Position numbers and translations under genes: made by a program. Under the pieces are notes generated by a model. That model did not search any database, was not told the origin of the DNA, and worked only from the letters and a program-made list of their open reading frames with translations. DNA of 64,000 nt, taken from assembly GCA_022730375.1 (NCBI GenBank), contig DZDA01000001.1, positions 4,471 to 68,470 of the forward strand. Direction: 5' to 3'. Below are positions 33,484 through 45,708 of this stretch, piece after piece (the stretch's first letter is position 1; each line of letters starts with the position of its first letter). The stretch is from Thiomonas intermedia. Its GTDB lineage: Bacteria; Pseudomonadota; Gammaproteobacteria; Burkholderiales; Burkholderiaceae_C.

Positions 33484-34344
33484 TTATGGGCGGGCGTGGG
33501 CTCGCTCGCACGACTCCAGGGTATTGGCCAGCAGCATCGCAATGGTCATGGGCCCGACGCCGCCGGGCACCGGGGTGATCCAGCCGGCGACTTCGCTGAC
33601 ACCGTCGAAGTCCACATCGCCGCAGAGCTTGCCCGCTGCGTTGCGATTCATGCCCACGTCGATCACCACGGCGCCGGGCTTGACCATGTCGGCGGTGATC
33701 AATTTCTCACGTCCGACGGCGGCCACCAGAATATCGGCCTGGCGGCACACCGCAGCCAGATCGGCCGTGCCGCTGTGCGCGATGGTGACCGTCGCATTGG
33801 CCGCCAGCAGCATCAAGGCCATCGGTTTGCCGACAATGTTCGAGCGGCCCACCACCACCGCCGACTTGGCGCGCAGATCGCGCAGGCCGATGGATTCGAG
33901 CATTTTCATGCAGCCATAGGGCGTGCAGGGCTTGAAGCCGGGCTGTCCCACCATCAGCGCACCCGCGCTGGCGACGTGGAAGCCGTCCACGTCTTTAGTC
34001 GGTGCAATGGCTTCGATCACCTTGTTGGCGTCGATGTGGCGGGGCAGGGGCAATTGCACCAGGATGCCGTGGATCGCCGGATCGGCGTTGAGCGCGGCGA
34101 TGCGCTGCAGCAGCGCGGTTTCTTGCAGGTCGGCGGCGTATTGCTCCAGCACCGAGTGGATGCCGGTCTGCTCGCAAGCCTTGATTTTGTTGCGCACATA
34201 GACCTGGCTGGCCGGGCTGTCGCCCACCAGAATAACGGCGAGGCCGGGGCGATGTCCCGCAGCGGTGCAGACCTGCGCGCGCTGCGCGACCTGCTGGCGG
34301 ACTTGGGCGGAGAGGGCGAGACCGTCGATGCGTTGGGCTGTCAT
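33484..34344 (-). CDS. folD: Methylenetetrahydrofolate dehydrogenase/cyclohydrolase
   Basis: [33 protein letters not shown]. Confidence 0.97.
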   Translation of the reverse strand: MTAQRIDGLALSAQVRQQVAQRAQVCTAAGHRPGLAVILVGDSPASQVYVRNKIKACEQTGIHSVLEQYAADLQETALLQRIAALNADPAIHGILVQLPLPRHIDANKVIEAIAPTKDVDGFHVASAGALMVGQPGFKPCTPYGCMKMLESIGLRDLRAKSAVVVGRSNIVGKPMALMLLAANATVTIAHSGTADLAAVCRQADILVAAVGREKLITADMVKPGAVVIDVGMNRNAAGKLCGDVDFDGVSEVAGWITPVPGGVGPMTIAMLLANTLESCERAHARP

Positions 34345-34358
34345 GGGAATGGGCTTCG

Positions 34359-34396
34359 AAAAATGCACCACGCCCGCAAGGGCGGGCGTGGTGCAT
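34359..34396 (-). terminator. Intrinsic terminator-like hairpin between the response regulator and folD
   Basis: Perfect 15-bp stem ATGCACCACGCCCGC/GCGGGCGTGGTGCAT followed by a T-run on the minus strand. Confidence 0.7.
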
Positions 34397-34411
34397 GGGG
34401 AGGGGGAGGGC

Positions 34412-35026
34412 TTATTTCGGTGCGCCGAGTGCAATCTTGAGCAGATCGGCCACGGTGCTGACGTTGAGCTTTTCCATGATGTTGGCACGGTGCGCTTCAA
34501 CGGTTTTTATGCTGATGTTGAGGTCGTCGGCGATCTGCTTGTTCAGCCGCCCGGCCACGATGCGTTCGAGCACCTGCGACTCGCGCGCGGTGAGGCGGCC
34601 CAGCAGGGCGCCGCGGCTGGCCTCGGCCTGCTGCTGGTCGGCGGTCAGACGCGCTTTTTGCAGCATGCGATCGACCAGGTCGCGCAGCACGACTTCGTTG
34701 AACGGCTTTTCGATGAAGTCGATTGCGCCCTTTTTCATGGTGTCCACCGCCATCGGCACATCGCCATGGCCGGTGATGAACACCAGCGGCATGCTGCAGC
34801 CGCGATGCAGCAATTCATCTTGCAGTTCGAGGCCGTTCATGCCGGGCATGCGTACGTCGACGATGAGGCAGGCGACTTCGCGCGGGTCGAAACGGGTGAG
34901 GAAACTTTCGGCGGATTCGAAGCAGCGCACGCGGTAGTCGTTGCCTTCGAGCAGCCACTGCAGCGAATCGCGCACGGCCTCGTCGTCATCCACCACATAC
35001 ACGGTACCTTTGTTGGCTGTTTTCAT
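34412..35026 (-). CDS. fixJ: FixJ-family response regulator (REC + LuxR HTH)
   Basis: [37 protein letters not shown]; position between folD and pdh like Burkholderia fixLJ. Confidence 0.8.
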   Translation of the reverse strand: MKTANKGTVYVVDDDEAVRDSLQWLLEGNDYRVRCFESAESFLTRFDPREVACLIVDVRMPGMNGLELQDELLHRGCSMPLVFITGHGDVPMAVDTMKKGAIDFIEKPFNEVVLRDLVDRMLQKARLTADQQQAEASRGALLGRLTARESQVLERIVAGRLNKQIADDLNISIKTVEAHRANIMEKLNVSTVADLLKIALGAPK

Positions 35027-35080
35027 GAGCAATCGAGAAGGATGGGAAGTGATGAGAAGTGGGGCTTCAGTTGCCGGGGG

Positions 35081-37606
35081 TCACAAGCGGGACGGAAGGA
35101 AGTCGGGATGCGCGGAATCAATAGGGGGAGCCGGTGGCCGAGGCCGCTCTTTGGGGGCTCCGAGCGGCAGGGTGAAGCTGAAGAGGCATCCGGCAATCAC
35201 CGATTGATTGTAATAATTCTCGGCCCATAGGCGGCCCTGGTGATACTCGATGATCGAGCGGCAGATGTTCAGGCCGATGCCCAAGCCTTCGGCCTTGGTG
35301 GTGTAGAACGCTTCGAACAGTCGCTCCATCACGGCTTCATCGATGCCGGTGCCGTGATCTTTCACGGTGAAAGTCACCCGCTCGGCATCGGCCATGACCT
35401 TGAGCTCGATGCTGCGCAGATTGCCTTGGCGCCCGGCCTTGTCCACCGATTCGGCCGCATTGCGCAGCAGGTTGAGCAGCACCTGCTCGATCAGAATCGG
35501 ATCGGCGTACAGCGTGGGAATGCCGGGGGCGACGAAGTTGAGCAGCCGCACATTGCGTCGCGTGAGTTCGATGTCGGCCAGTTCCAGGGTGTTGCGCACG
35601 ATGTCCTGCACGCGGCACGACACCCGCGCGGGCTCGCTCTTTTTCACAAAGTCGCGCACCCGTTTGATGACCCCGGCGGCCCGCTGCGCCTGCCGCCCGG
35701 TTTTTTCCAGCGCATCGATCAATTCCTGCTGGGTCATGCCATGCGTCTTGACGCGGGCGATCATGCCCGAGGAATAGTTGCTGATGGCGGTGAGCGGCTG
35801 GTTGAGCTCGTGCGCCAACGACGAGGCCATCTCGCCCATGGTGATCAGTCGGCTGGTGATCTGGGCCTTTTCTTCCTGCTTGCGCGCGGTTTCCTCGGCG
35901 CGCTTGCGGGGGGTGATGTCGGTGGCGATCAGCAACTGCGCCACCCGGCCGTCCACCCATTGCATATAGCGCTGTCGCACGTCGAACCAGCGGTCGAGCG
36001 CTTCGACGTGGGTTTCATGCGCGTTGGAATGGCCGTCGAGGATTTCGTCGGCGGGCAGGCCGGCAAACGAGTCGACGGTATCGACATGATCGTCGTCGGC
36101 GACCGAGGTCATCTGCCCGCCATTGAGCATGAGGTGGCCGTGCACCGACGCGCCGAACCACTGGCGGTAGAGCTTGTTGGCGAACAGCGGCTCTTCGGTG
36201 CCCAGCGAGATCACCGAGACCGCGGCGTCCAGCCCTTCGAGCACCGCGACGAAACGCTCGTGCGACGCAGCCAGCTCCTGGCGGATGCGGGTGGGCTCGG
36301 TGATGTCGGTGACGGACATGATCCAGCCGGTCTGCTTCTCGCGCACGTCGATCAGCGGCGAGACATAGACGCGCGCATCGAACTCACTGCCGTTCTTGCG
36401 GCGGATTTTCAGCGCGAATCCCGAGGGCGGCGCCAGGCCGTCGAGGCTTTGCTGAATGGCCAGCGCCATTTCAGCGCCTTGCTGCGCGGGCCAGTAGGGG
36501 TAGGGCGGCTGGCTGCCGATCAGGTCGCTGTCTTCAAAGCCGGTCATGCGGCAGAACGACAGGTTGACATATTGAATGCGGCCCTGCATGTCCACCGCCT
36601 GCATGCCGGTGGACAGCGAGTTTTCGATGGCGCGGCGAAAGGCGGTTTCGCGGGTGAGCGCCTCCTGCGCGCTCAGGCGTTGGCGCAGTTGGTTCCAGCT
36701 CGTCAACAGCGTCCACAGGGTGAGAGCAGACAGCAGAAACACGCTCCAGTACAGGCCCTTGGTCGTCCAGCTCGGGCTGCTGCGATAGCTGCTGACCTGC
36801 AGCACCAGCCCGGGCTCGAACGGGGGCAGGGGGGCGCGGTACTGCAGCGCCTTGTCGCGTATGGGTTGGCTAGAAGCGCTGTCGAGCAACTGGTTGTCGG
36901 GGCCGAGCAGCGAAACGGCATAGCTGGCATTGAGATCTTCCGGTACCGAGTTGCGCAAGATGCCATCGACGGAGTAAACCACGCCCACCACGCCGGCGAG
37001 CTGGTCGTTGCGCATCACGGGCGTGGCGGTTTCGAGCAGCCAGCCGTTGTCGGCGCTCTTGAGCGGTGTTGAGTACGCGGTGCGCTGGCTGACCAGTGCT
37101 TGCTGCATGAGTTGCAGGCTGTTGGCGCGCTTGAGTGTCGTGCCCACCAGGGTGGCGATCTGCTCGGTGGCGAGGCTGGGGTTGCCCTTTTTGAACACCA
37201 CGGCGCCATCGGGATGCGCGTAGTACACGAGCAACAACTGCGGATAGCGCCGCAGCAAGCGCAGCGCCTGCACGTCGAACGGCCCGGATCGGTCCTCATG
37301 CAGCGAGAGGTTGTTGGCGATGGCCTGCACTTGGTCCTGGGCGAGGGTGAGGTCGAGGCTGATGCGTTGCTGCGCCCATTCGCTGTCGCGCTGCAAATTG
37401 TCTTTGTCGCGCTGCAGGTCGGCTTGCTGCGAATAGCTCACCAGCGCGGCCATGGCCGCCAGAAACAGAATGAAGACGACGAGAGGCAGCACCAGCAGCA
37501 CACGGTCGGACTGCATGCGTCGCAGCAGCGCGCGCGCACGCAACAGCCCGAGGCGCTGCGTCCAACTGCGGCGGCGGAAAGTGGGAACGTGCTTTGAAGG
37601 ATTCAC
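35081..37606 (-). CDS. fixL: PAS-domain sensor histidine kinase (FixL-like)
   Basis: Two TM helices, PAS (PPYPYWP), H-box SLAHELNQPL, N box QVLLNLLRNA, DHGTG, GLGIGL; start uncertain. Confidence 0.75.
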   Translation of the reverse strand: MNPSKHVPTFRRRSWTQRLGLLRARALLRRMQSDRVLLVLPLVVFILFLAAMAALVSYSQQADLQRDKDNLQRDSEWAQQRISLDLTLAQDQVQAIANNLSLHEDRSGPFDVQALRLLRRYPQLLLVYYAHPDGAVVFKKGNPSLATEQIATLVGTTLKRANSLQLMQQALVSQRTAYSTPLKSADNGWLLETATPVMRNDQLAGVVGVVYSVDGILRNSVPEDLNASYAVSLLGPDNQLLDSASSQPIRDKALQYRAPLPPFEPGLVLQVSSYRSSPSWTTKGLYWSVFLLSALTLWTLLTSWNQLRQRLSAQEALTRETAFRRAIENSLSTGMQAVDMQGRIQYVNLSFCRMTGFEDSDLIGSQPPYPYWPAQQGAEMALAIQQSLDGLAPPSGFALKIRRKNGSEFDARVYVSPLIDVREKQTGWIMSVTDITEPTRIRQELAASHERFVAVLEGLDAAVSVISLGTEEPLFANKLYRQWFGASVHGHLMLNGGQMTSVADDDHVDTVDSFAGLPADEILDGHSNAHETHVEALDRWFDVRQRYMQWVDGRVAQLLIATDITPRKRAEETARKQEEKAQITSRLITMGEMASSLAHELNQPLTAISNYSSGMIARVKTHGMTQQELIDALEKTGRQAQRAAGVIKRVRDFVKKSEPARVSCRVQDIVRNTLELADIELTRRNVRLLNFVAPGIPTLYADPILIEQVLLNLLRNAAESVDKAGRQGNLRSIELKVMADAERVTFTVKDHGTGIDEAVMERLFEAFYTTKAEGLGIGLNICRSIIEYHQGRLWAENYYNQSVIAGCLFSFTLPLGAPKERPRPPAPPIDSAHPDFLPSRL

Positions 37607-37765
37607 AGGAGCAGTCTAGAGTGTCTGGAGTTGAGCGCCCCCAAGGTCGGCCCTATGCTTTCTTGAGAACCGCCCGATTTTGGGCCAGCAGATTTTGCGT
37701 TGACGCAGTTCGATCTTCAAACGAGGCAGACAGACGAAAGAAATCGGGCAAAACAGCGCCTTTAA

Positions 37766-37800
37766 TTTCACGATGTGAAACCAAATCTTGTGATTTGAAA
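37766..37800. promoter_or_regulatory. Palindromic operator candidate upstream of aceE
   Basis: TTTCAC-GAT-GTGAAA (37766-37780) plus a degenerate copy 20 bp downstream. Confidence 0.5.
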
Positions 37801-37840
37801 AATTGTTTGCGATACTGCGCCACAAATTCATGAGGAGAAC

Positions 37841-40564
<2,724 letters not shown>

Positions 40565-40602
40565 ACGACCGCCGAACGCACACACAACAGGAGACACCCA
40601 AC

Positions 40603-41982
40603 ATGGCCGTCGTCGAGGTCAAGGTTCCCGATATCGGGGACTTCAAGGATGTGGAAGTGATCGAGGTTCTGGTGAAGGCCGGAGACAAGATCGCGGTTGA
40701 TCAATCGCTGGTCACGGTGGAGAGTGACAAGGCCAGCATGGAAATTCCCAGCAGCACCGCCGGCGTGGTGAAGGCGCTGCGCGTGAAGCTGGGCGACAAG
40801 GTGAACGAGGGCATGGTCCTGCTCGATTTAGAGGCCGATGGCGCTGTGGCAGCGTCGGCTTCTGAGGCTGCGCGAGAGTCTCAGCCTGCGCCCGCAGCCG
40901 CAGCCCCGGCCGAAGCCGCTGCGCCGCATGCCGTGCCGCCCGCAGCGGTCGGCGTCGGCTTTGCGTCCGAGCCGCGTCAGCACACGCCGCCTACCGCCAC
41001 GCTGCCGGTGCACGAGCCTGCGGCATCCGCAGCGCAGTTGCCGCACGCCTCACCCAGCGTGCGAAAGCTGGCGCGTGAACTCGGCGTGCCGCTGGCGGAA
41101 GTCAAGGGCAGCGGCAGCAAGGGCCGCATCACTGCGGAGGATGTGCAAGCCTTCGTCAAGGCCGTGATGTCAGGCCAGACCGTGACTCAGGCCGCGGCTG
41201 TGGCGGGAGTCGGTGCGGGCAAGGGCGCGGCCAGCCTGGGCGGGCTCACGCTCCTGCCCTGGCCCAAAGTGGACTTTGCCAAGTTCGGCCCGGTCAGCAG
41301 CCAGCCGCTGTCGCGCATCAAAAAACTCTCGGGTCCCAATCTGGCGCGCAACTGGGCGATGATTCCGCATGTCACCCAGTTCGACGAGGCCGACATCACC
41401 GAGCTGGAGGAATTCCGCAAGAGCAGCAACGAACGCATGGCCAAGCAAGGCGTGAAGCTCACCATGCTCGCCTTTGTGATGAAGGCCTGCGTGACGGTGC
41501 TCAAGCAGATGCCCGCATTCAATAGTTCGCTCGATGACGGCGGCGAGAACCTCATTCTGAAGGACTACATCCACCTCGGTTTTGCGGCCGATACGCCGCA
41601 AGGCCTGGTCGTGCCCGTGCTCAAGGATGTGGACAAGAAGGGCCTGGCGCAAATCGCCAAGGAAATGGGCGAGCTGGCTGCGACCGCGCGCGAAGGCAAG
41701 CTCAAGCCTTCAGACATGCAGGGCGCGACCTTCACCATTTCCAGCCTGGGCGGCGTGGGGGGAACGGCTTTTACGCCCATCATCAATGCGCCGGAAGTGG
41801 CCATATTGGGGCTATCCAAATCGCAGATCAAACCGGTGTGGGACGGCACCGCATTCCAGCCAAGGCTGATGCTGCCGCTGTCGCTGTCGTACGACCATCG
41901 CGTCATCGATGGGGCGATGGCCGCGCGCTTCACCACCGTGCTCGGCGAGTTGCTCGCCGACCTGCGGCGTGTGCTGATCTGA
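40603..41982 (+). CDS. aceF: Dihydrolipoyl acetyltransferase E2 (one lipoyl domain)
   Basis: ESDKASME lipoyl motif, HASPSVRKLARE, SYDHRVIDG. Confidence 0.97.
   Translation: MAVVEVKVPDIGDFKDVEVIEVLVKAGDKIAVDQSLVTVESDKASMEIPSSTAGVVKALRVKLGDKVNEGMVLLDLEADGAVAASASEAARESQPAPAAAAPAEAAAPHAVPPAAVGVGFASEPRQHTPPTATLPVHEPAASAAQLPHASPSVRKLARELGVPLAEVKGSGSKGRITAEDVQAFVKAVMSGQTVTQAAAVAGVGAGKGAASLGGLTLLPWPKVDFAKFGPVSSQPLSRIKKLSGPNLARNWAMIPHVTQFDEADITELEEFRKSSNERMAKQGVKLTMLAFVMKACVTVLKQMPAFNSSLDDGGENLILKDYIHLGFAADTPQGLVVPVLKDVDKKGLAQIAKEMGELAATAREGKLKPSDMQGATFTISSLGGVGGTAFTPIINAPEVAILGLSKSQIKPVWDGTAFQPRLMLPLSLSYDHRVIDGAMAARFTTVLGELLADLRRVLI
40618..40814 (+). repeat. Lipoyl-domain DNA repeat, copy 1 (in aceF)
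   Basis: 40618-40757 reads identical to 42011-42150; near-identical for about 57 bp more. Confidence 0.9.
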
Positions 41983-41995
41983 CCGGGAGCGCGAT

Positions 41996-43825
41996 ATGGC
42001 CATCATCGAAGTCAAGGTTCCCGATATCGGGGACTTCAAGGATGTGGAAGTGATCGAGGTTCTGGTGAAGGCCGGAGACAAGATCGCGGTTGATCAATCG
42101 CTGGTCACGGTGGAGAGTGACAAGGCCAGCATGGAAATTCCCAGCAGCACTGCCGGCATAGTGAAGGCGCTGCGCGTGAAGCTGGGCGACAAGGTGAACG
42201 AGGGCACGGTCTTGCTGGAGCTGGAGGCTGCTGGTGCGCAGGCAAGCGCCACAGCCACGACGCCAGCGGCGACCACCACCGCGCCGCCAGCGCCTGCTGC
42301 CGCGCCGACAAGCACTGTGCCGCAAACCCCACCTGCGCCGCAGGCTGCCGCCGCGTTCTCTGGCAGGGTCGATGTGGAGTGCGACGTGCTGGTGCTCGGC
42401 GCTGGCCCCGGGGGATATTCCGCCGCATTTCGCGCCGCCGACCTGGGCCTGAAGGTGGTGCTGGTCGAGCGTTACGCCGCCTTGGGGGGCGTGTGCCTCA
42501 ACGTCGGCTGCATACCCAGCAAGGCGCTGCTGCATGTGGCCGCGGTCATGGACGAAGCGGCGCATTTCGCCGACCTCGGCGTGGAATTCGGCGCGCCCAA
42601 GGTCGATCGCACCAGGCTGGCGGCGCACAAGGCCAAGGTGGTGGGCAAGCTCACCGGCGGTCTGGCGGCTATGGCGAAAATGCGCAAGGTCACCGTAGTG
42701 CGCGGCTATGGTGCGTTCATCGATGCGCACCATGTGCAGGTCGAACTCACCGAGGGCGAGGGCCAGAACAAGACCGGCGCCATGCAGACGGTGGGCTTTC
42801 AGCGCGCCATCATCGCCGCAGGTTCGCAGGCGGTGCGCCTGCCCTTCTTGCCCGATGACCCGCGCGTCGTCGATTCCACCGGTGCGCTCACCCTGGAGCA
42901 GGCGCCGAAGAATATGCTCATCGTCGGCGGCGGCATCATCGGGCTGGAGATGGGCACGGTGTATTCCACGCTGGGCGCGCGCCTGGATGTGGTGGAAATG
43001 CTCGACGGCCTCATGCCCGGCGCCGACCGCGATCTGGTGAAGGTCTGGCAGAAGCTCAACGCCAAGCGCTTCGACCGCATGATGCTCAAGACCAAGACCG
43101 TTGCGGCCGAAGCCAAGCCCGACGGCATCTGGGTGACGTTTGAAGGCGAGGGCGCACCCACCGAGCCGCAGCGCTATGACCTGGTGCTGCAAGCCGTGGG
43201 CCGCGCGCCCAATGGCCGCAAGATCGCGGCCGACAAGGCAGGTGTGGCGGTGAACGAGCGCGGATTCATTCCGGTGGATGCGCAGTTGCGCACCAACGTG
43301 CCGCACATCCATGCCATTGGCGACATCGTCGGCCAGCCCATGCTGGCGCACAAGGCGGTGCACGAGGGCCATGTCGCCGCCGAGGTTTGTGCGGGCGAAC
43401 TCAAGGGCGACGACTCGCTGGCCAAGGCGGCGTTCGATGCGCGGGTGATTCCCAGTGTGGCCTATACCGATCCGGAGATCGCCTGGGTTGGCTTGACCGA
43501 AGAGGCGGCCAAGGCCCAAGGCGTCGCCGTGACCAAGGGGCTGTTTCCGTGGACGGCTTCCGGTCGGGCCATCGCCAACGGGCGTGACGAAGGTTTCACC
43601 AAGCTGTTGTTCGACAAGGCTACGCACCGCATCGTGGGCGGCGGTATTGTCGGCACGCACGCCGGCGACCTCATCAGCGAAATCGCCCTGGCGATCGAGA
43701 TGGGGGCGGACGCGGTGGACATCGGCCGCACCATCCATCCGCATCCCACGCTGGGCGAATCCGTGGGCCTTGCCGCTGAGGCAGCAGAGGGCAGCTGCAC
43801 TGATCTGCCGCCGCCACGGCGATAA
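41996..43825 (+). CDS. lpdA: Dihydrolipoamide dehydrogenase E3 with N-terminal lipoyl domain
   Basis: Lipoyl domain, GAGPGGY, GGVCLNVGCIPSK, HPHPTLGE. Confidence 0.97.
   Translation: MAIIEVKVPDIGDFKDVEVIEVLVKAGDKIAVDQSLVTVESDKASMEIPSSTAGIVKALRVKLGDKVNEGTVLLELEAAGAQASATATTPAATTTAPPAPAAAPTSTVPQTPPAPQAAAAFSGRVDVECDVLVLGAGPGGYSAAFRAADLGLKVVLVERYAALGGVCLNVGCIPSKALLHVAAVMDEAAHFADLGVEFGAPKVDRTRLAAHKAKVVGKLTGGLAAMAKMRKVTVVRGYGAFIDAHHVQVELTEGEGQNKTGAMQTVGFQRAIIAAGSQAVRLPFLPDDPRVVDSTGALTLEQAPKNMLIVGGGIIGLEMGTVYSTLGARLDVVEMLDGLMPGADRDLVKVWQKLNAKRFDRMMLKTKTVAAEAKPDGIWVTFEGEGAPTEPQRYDLVLQAVGRAPNGRKIAADKAGVAVNERGFIPVDAQLRTNVPHIHAIGDIVGQPMLAHKAVHEGHVAAEVCAGELKGDDSLAKAAFDARVIPSVAYTDPEIAWVGLTEEAAKAQGVAVTKGLFPWTASGRAIANGRDEGFTKLLFDKATHRIVGGGIVGTHAGDLISEIALAIEMGADAVDIGRTIHPHPTLGESVGLAAEAAEGSCTDLPPPRR
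42011..42207 (+). repeat. Lipoyl-domain DNA repeat, copy 2 (in lpdA)
   Basis: Matches the 40618-40814 copy. Confidence 0.9.
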
Positions 43826-43849
43826 AAAACGGGCCCAGCCCGTTTTTTT
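43824..43849. terminator. Bidirectional intrinsic terminator
   Basis: AAAAAACGGGC-cca-GCCCGTTTTTTT between convergent lpdA and the NlpC/P60 gene. Confidence 0.85.
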
Positions 43850-43879
43850 AAGCAGATCGGCAATGAATGCCGAGCTCGC

Positions 43880-44545
43880 TTATTGCCCCGCCTGTGTCGC
43901 CGTGTCGCTCGGGCTGCTGCCTGGGTCGTCTTGCGCGACTTCGGTCTGCGGGCTCGTCATGATGCGGCGCGCGCCGTCGAAGCGTTTGGCCCAGTAAGGT
44001 GAATCGAGATTTTCGACGCGGACAGTCTGGCCTGGTCGGGGAGAGTGGATGAACTGACCATCGCCGATGTAGATGCCCACATGCGAGAAGGCCCGGCGCA
44101 GAGTGTTGAAAAACACCAGATCGCCCGGTTTGAGCTGACTTTCCGGAATCTTTTCGCCTTCGTGCGCCTGTTGCGCTGCGTTGTGCGGCAGCACCGTGCC
44201 CAATGTTTCTTGGTAGACGTAGCGCACAAAACCCGAGCAATCGAAGCCGCTGCGCGCCGAGTCGCCGCCGTAGCGATATTTCACGCCCAGAAAGCTCAGC
44301 GCATTGACTACCAGGTCGGAAGCCCGGGTGGAGACCTGATGCACAAAGCCGTTTTGCGTCAGCCACTGGCGCAGCGAGGCGTCGTCGCGCTGGGCGTTTT
44401 GCACGTCTTGCACCGCTTTTTCAGAGGGCTGGGCCGGGTCGATTTGGGGCAGCACACGCGGGTCGGCCCAGACTGAGGCGCTGCCGCACGGTCCAAGCAG
44501 GCAGCAGGCCAAGGCAATCTGGGCGAACAAGGGGTTGACACGCAT
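43880..44545 (-). CDS. NlpC/P60 (C40) peptidoglycan endopeptidase
   Basis: YRYGG, GFDCSGFV, LKPGDLVFF, HVGIYIGDGQFIHSP. Confidence 0.93.
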   Translation of the reverse strand: MRVNPLFAQIALACCLLGPCGSASVWADPRVLPQIDPAQPSEKAVQDVQNAQRDDASLRQWLTQNGFVHQVSTRASDLVVNALSFLGVKYRYGGDSARSGFDCSGFVRYVYQETLGTVLPHNAAQQAHEGEKIPESQLKPGDLVFFNTLRRAFSHVGIYIGDGQFIHSPRPGQTVRVENLDSPYWAKRFDGARRIMTSPQTEVAQDDPGSSPSDTATQAGQ

Positions 44546-44639
44546 AAGCGCGTGAATTTAGATAGATCGTTTAAATGTGTCAATCATTGTGCAGTGCAAG
44601 AAGCACTCTCAACACTGTTGCTCAACTGGAAAACACACG

Positions 44640-45617
44640 ATGTTTACGGCCTGGAAACTCAATCAGATCGATCAGGGCTTCAGTGCCACGCTGGCGGCAT
44701 GGCCAGATGAAGAACTCCCTGCGGGAGACGTGACCGTCGCGGTGGAATACTCCACCCTGAACTACAAAGACGCGCTGGCGCTGACCAACCGCGGCCCGGT
44801 CGTGCGGCGTTGGCCCATGGTGCCGGGCATCGACGGCGCGGGCACGGTGCTTGAAAGCACGCATGCCGACTGGCAGCCTGGCGACCGCTGGGTGCTCAAC
44901 GGTTGGGGCGTGGGCGAAACGCATTGGGGCTGCCTTAGCCAGCGGGCGCGGCTCAAGGGCGACTGGTTGATCCGGCTGCCCAAGGCCTTCACCGCGCGCC
45001 AGGCCATGGCGCTGGGTACGGCTGGTTATACGGCGGCGCTGTGCGTACTGGCGATCGAGCGGCATGGCGCCGTACCCGCGCAGGGCAGCGTGCTGGTGAC
45101 GGGGGCGAGCGGCGGCGTGGGCAGCGTGGCCGTGGCGCTGCTGGCCAAAATGGGCTGGACGGTCGTGGCGTCAACCGGCAAGTTGCAGGAGGAAGCCTAT
45201 TTGCGCGCGCTTGGGGCCACTGAGGTGATCGACCGCAACACGCTTTCGTCACCCGGCAAACCGTTGCAGAAAGAGCGCTGGGCGGCGGTGGTGGATACGG
45301 TGGGCAGCCACACCCTGGCCAACGCCTGCGCGCAAACCCGCTGGGGCGGCGTGGTGGCCGCGTGCGGACTGGCGGGAGGCATGGATTTTCCGACCACGGT
45401 GGCGCCTTTCATTCTGCGGGGCGTGACGCTGGCGGGAATCGACAGCGTGATGCAGCCGCAGTCGGCTCGGCGCAAAGCCTGGCAGAAGCTGGCTGATCTG
45501 ATCGATGCGCCGATGCTCGACCTGATCGCTCACGATATACCACTCGATCAGGCTCAAGCCGCCGCGCAAGAATTGCTCGACGGCAAAGTGCGGGGTCGGC
45601 TTGTGGTGAAGATTTGA
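44640..45617 (+). CDS. acuI: Acrylyl-CoA reductase, AcuI/YhdH family (MDR)
   Basis: YSTLNYKDALA, VPGIDGAG, GTAGYTA, TGASGGVGS, PFILRGVTLAGIDSV. Confidence 0.85.
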   Translation: MFTAWKLNQIDQGFSATLAAWPDEELPAGDVTVAVEYSTLNYKDALALTNRGPVVRRWPMVPGIDGAGTVLESTHADWQPGDRWVLNGWGVGETHWGCLSQRARLKGDWLIRLPKAFTARQAMALGTAGYTAALCVLAIERHGAVPAQGSVLVTGASGGVGSVAVALLAKMGWTVVASTGKLQEEAYLRALGATEVIDRNTLSSPGKPLQKERWAAVVDTVGSHTLANACAQTRWGGVVAACGLAGGMDFPTTVAPFILRGVTLAGIDSVMQPQSARRKAWQKLADLIDAPMLDLIAHDIPLDQAQAAAQELLDGKVRGRLVVKI

Positions 45618-45708
45618 TAGCGATCCCGTCAGCTCATCGATGAGTCAGTTCGGCGTCAGCGCCCATTCCTAGGCTGGGCCGCATTCATACAAGACAGGAG
45701 ACAGCGCG

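Noticed and set aside
45633-45644. Palindrome CTCATCGATGAG between acuI and prpE
   Set aside because: Short, single occurrence with no supporting context; could be chance
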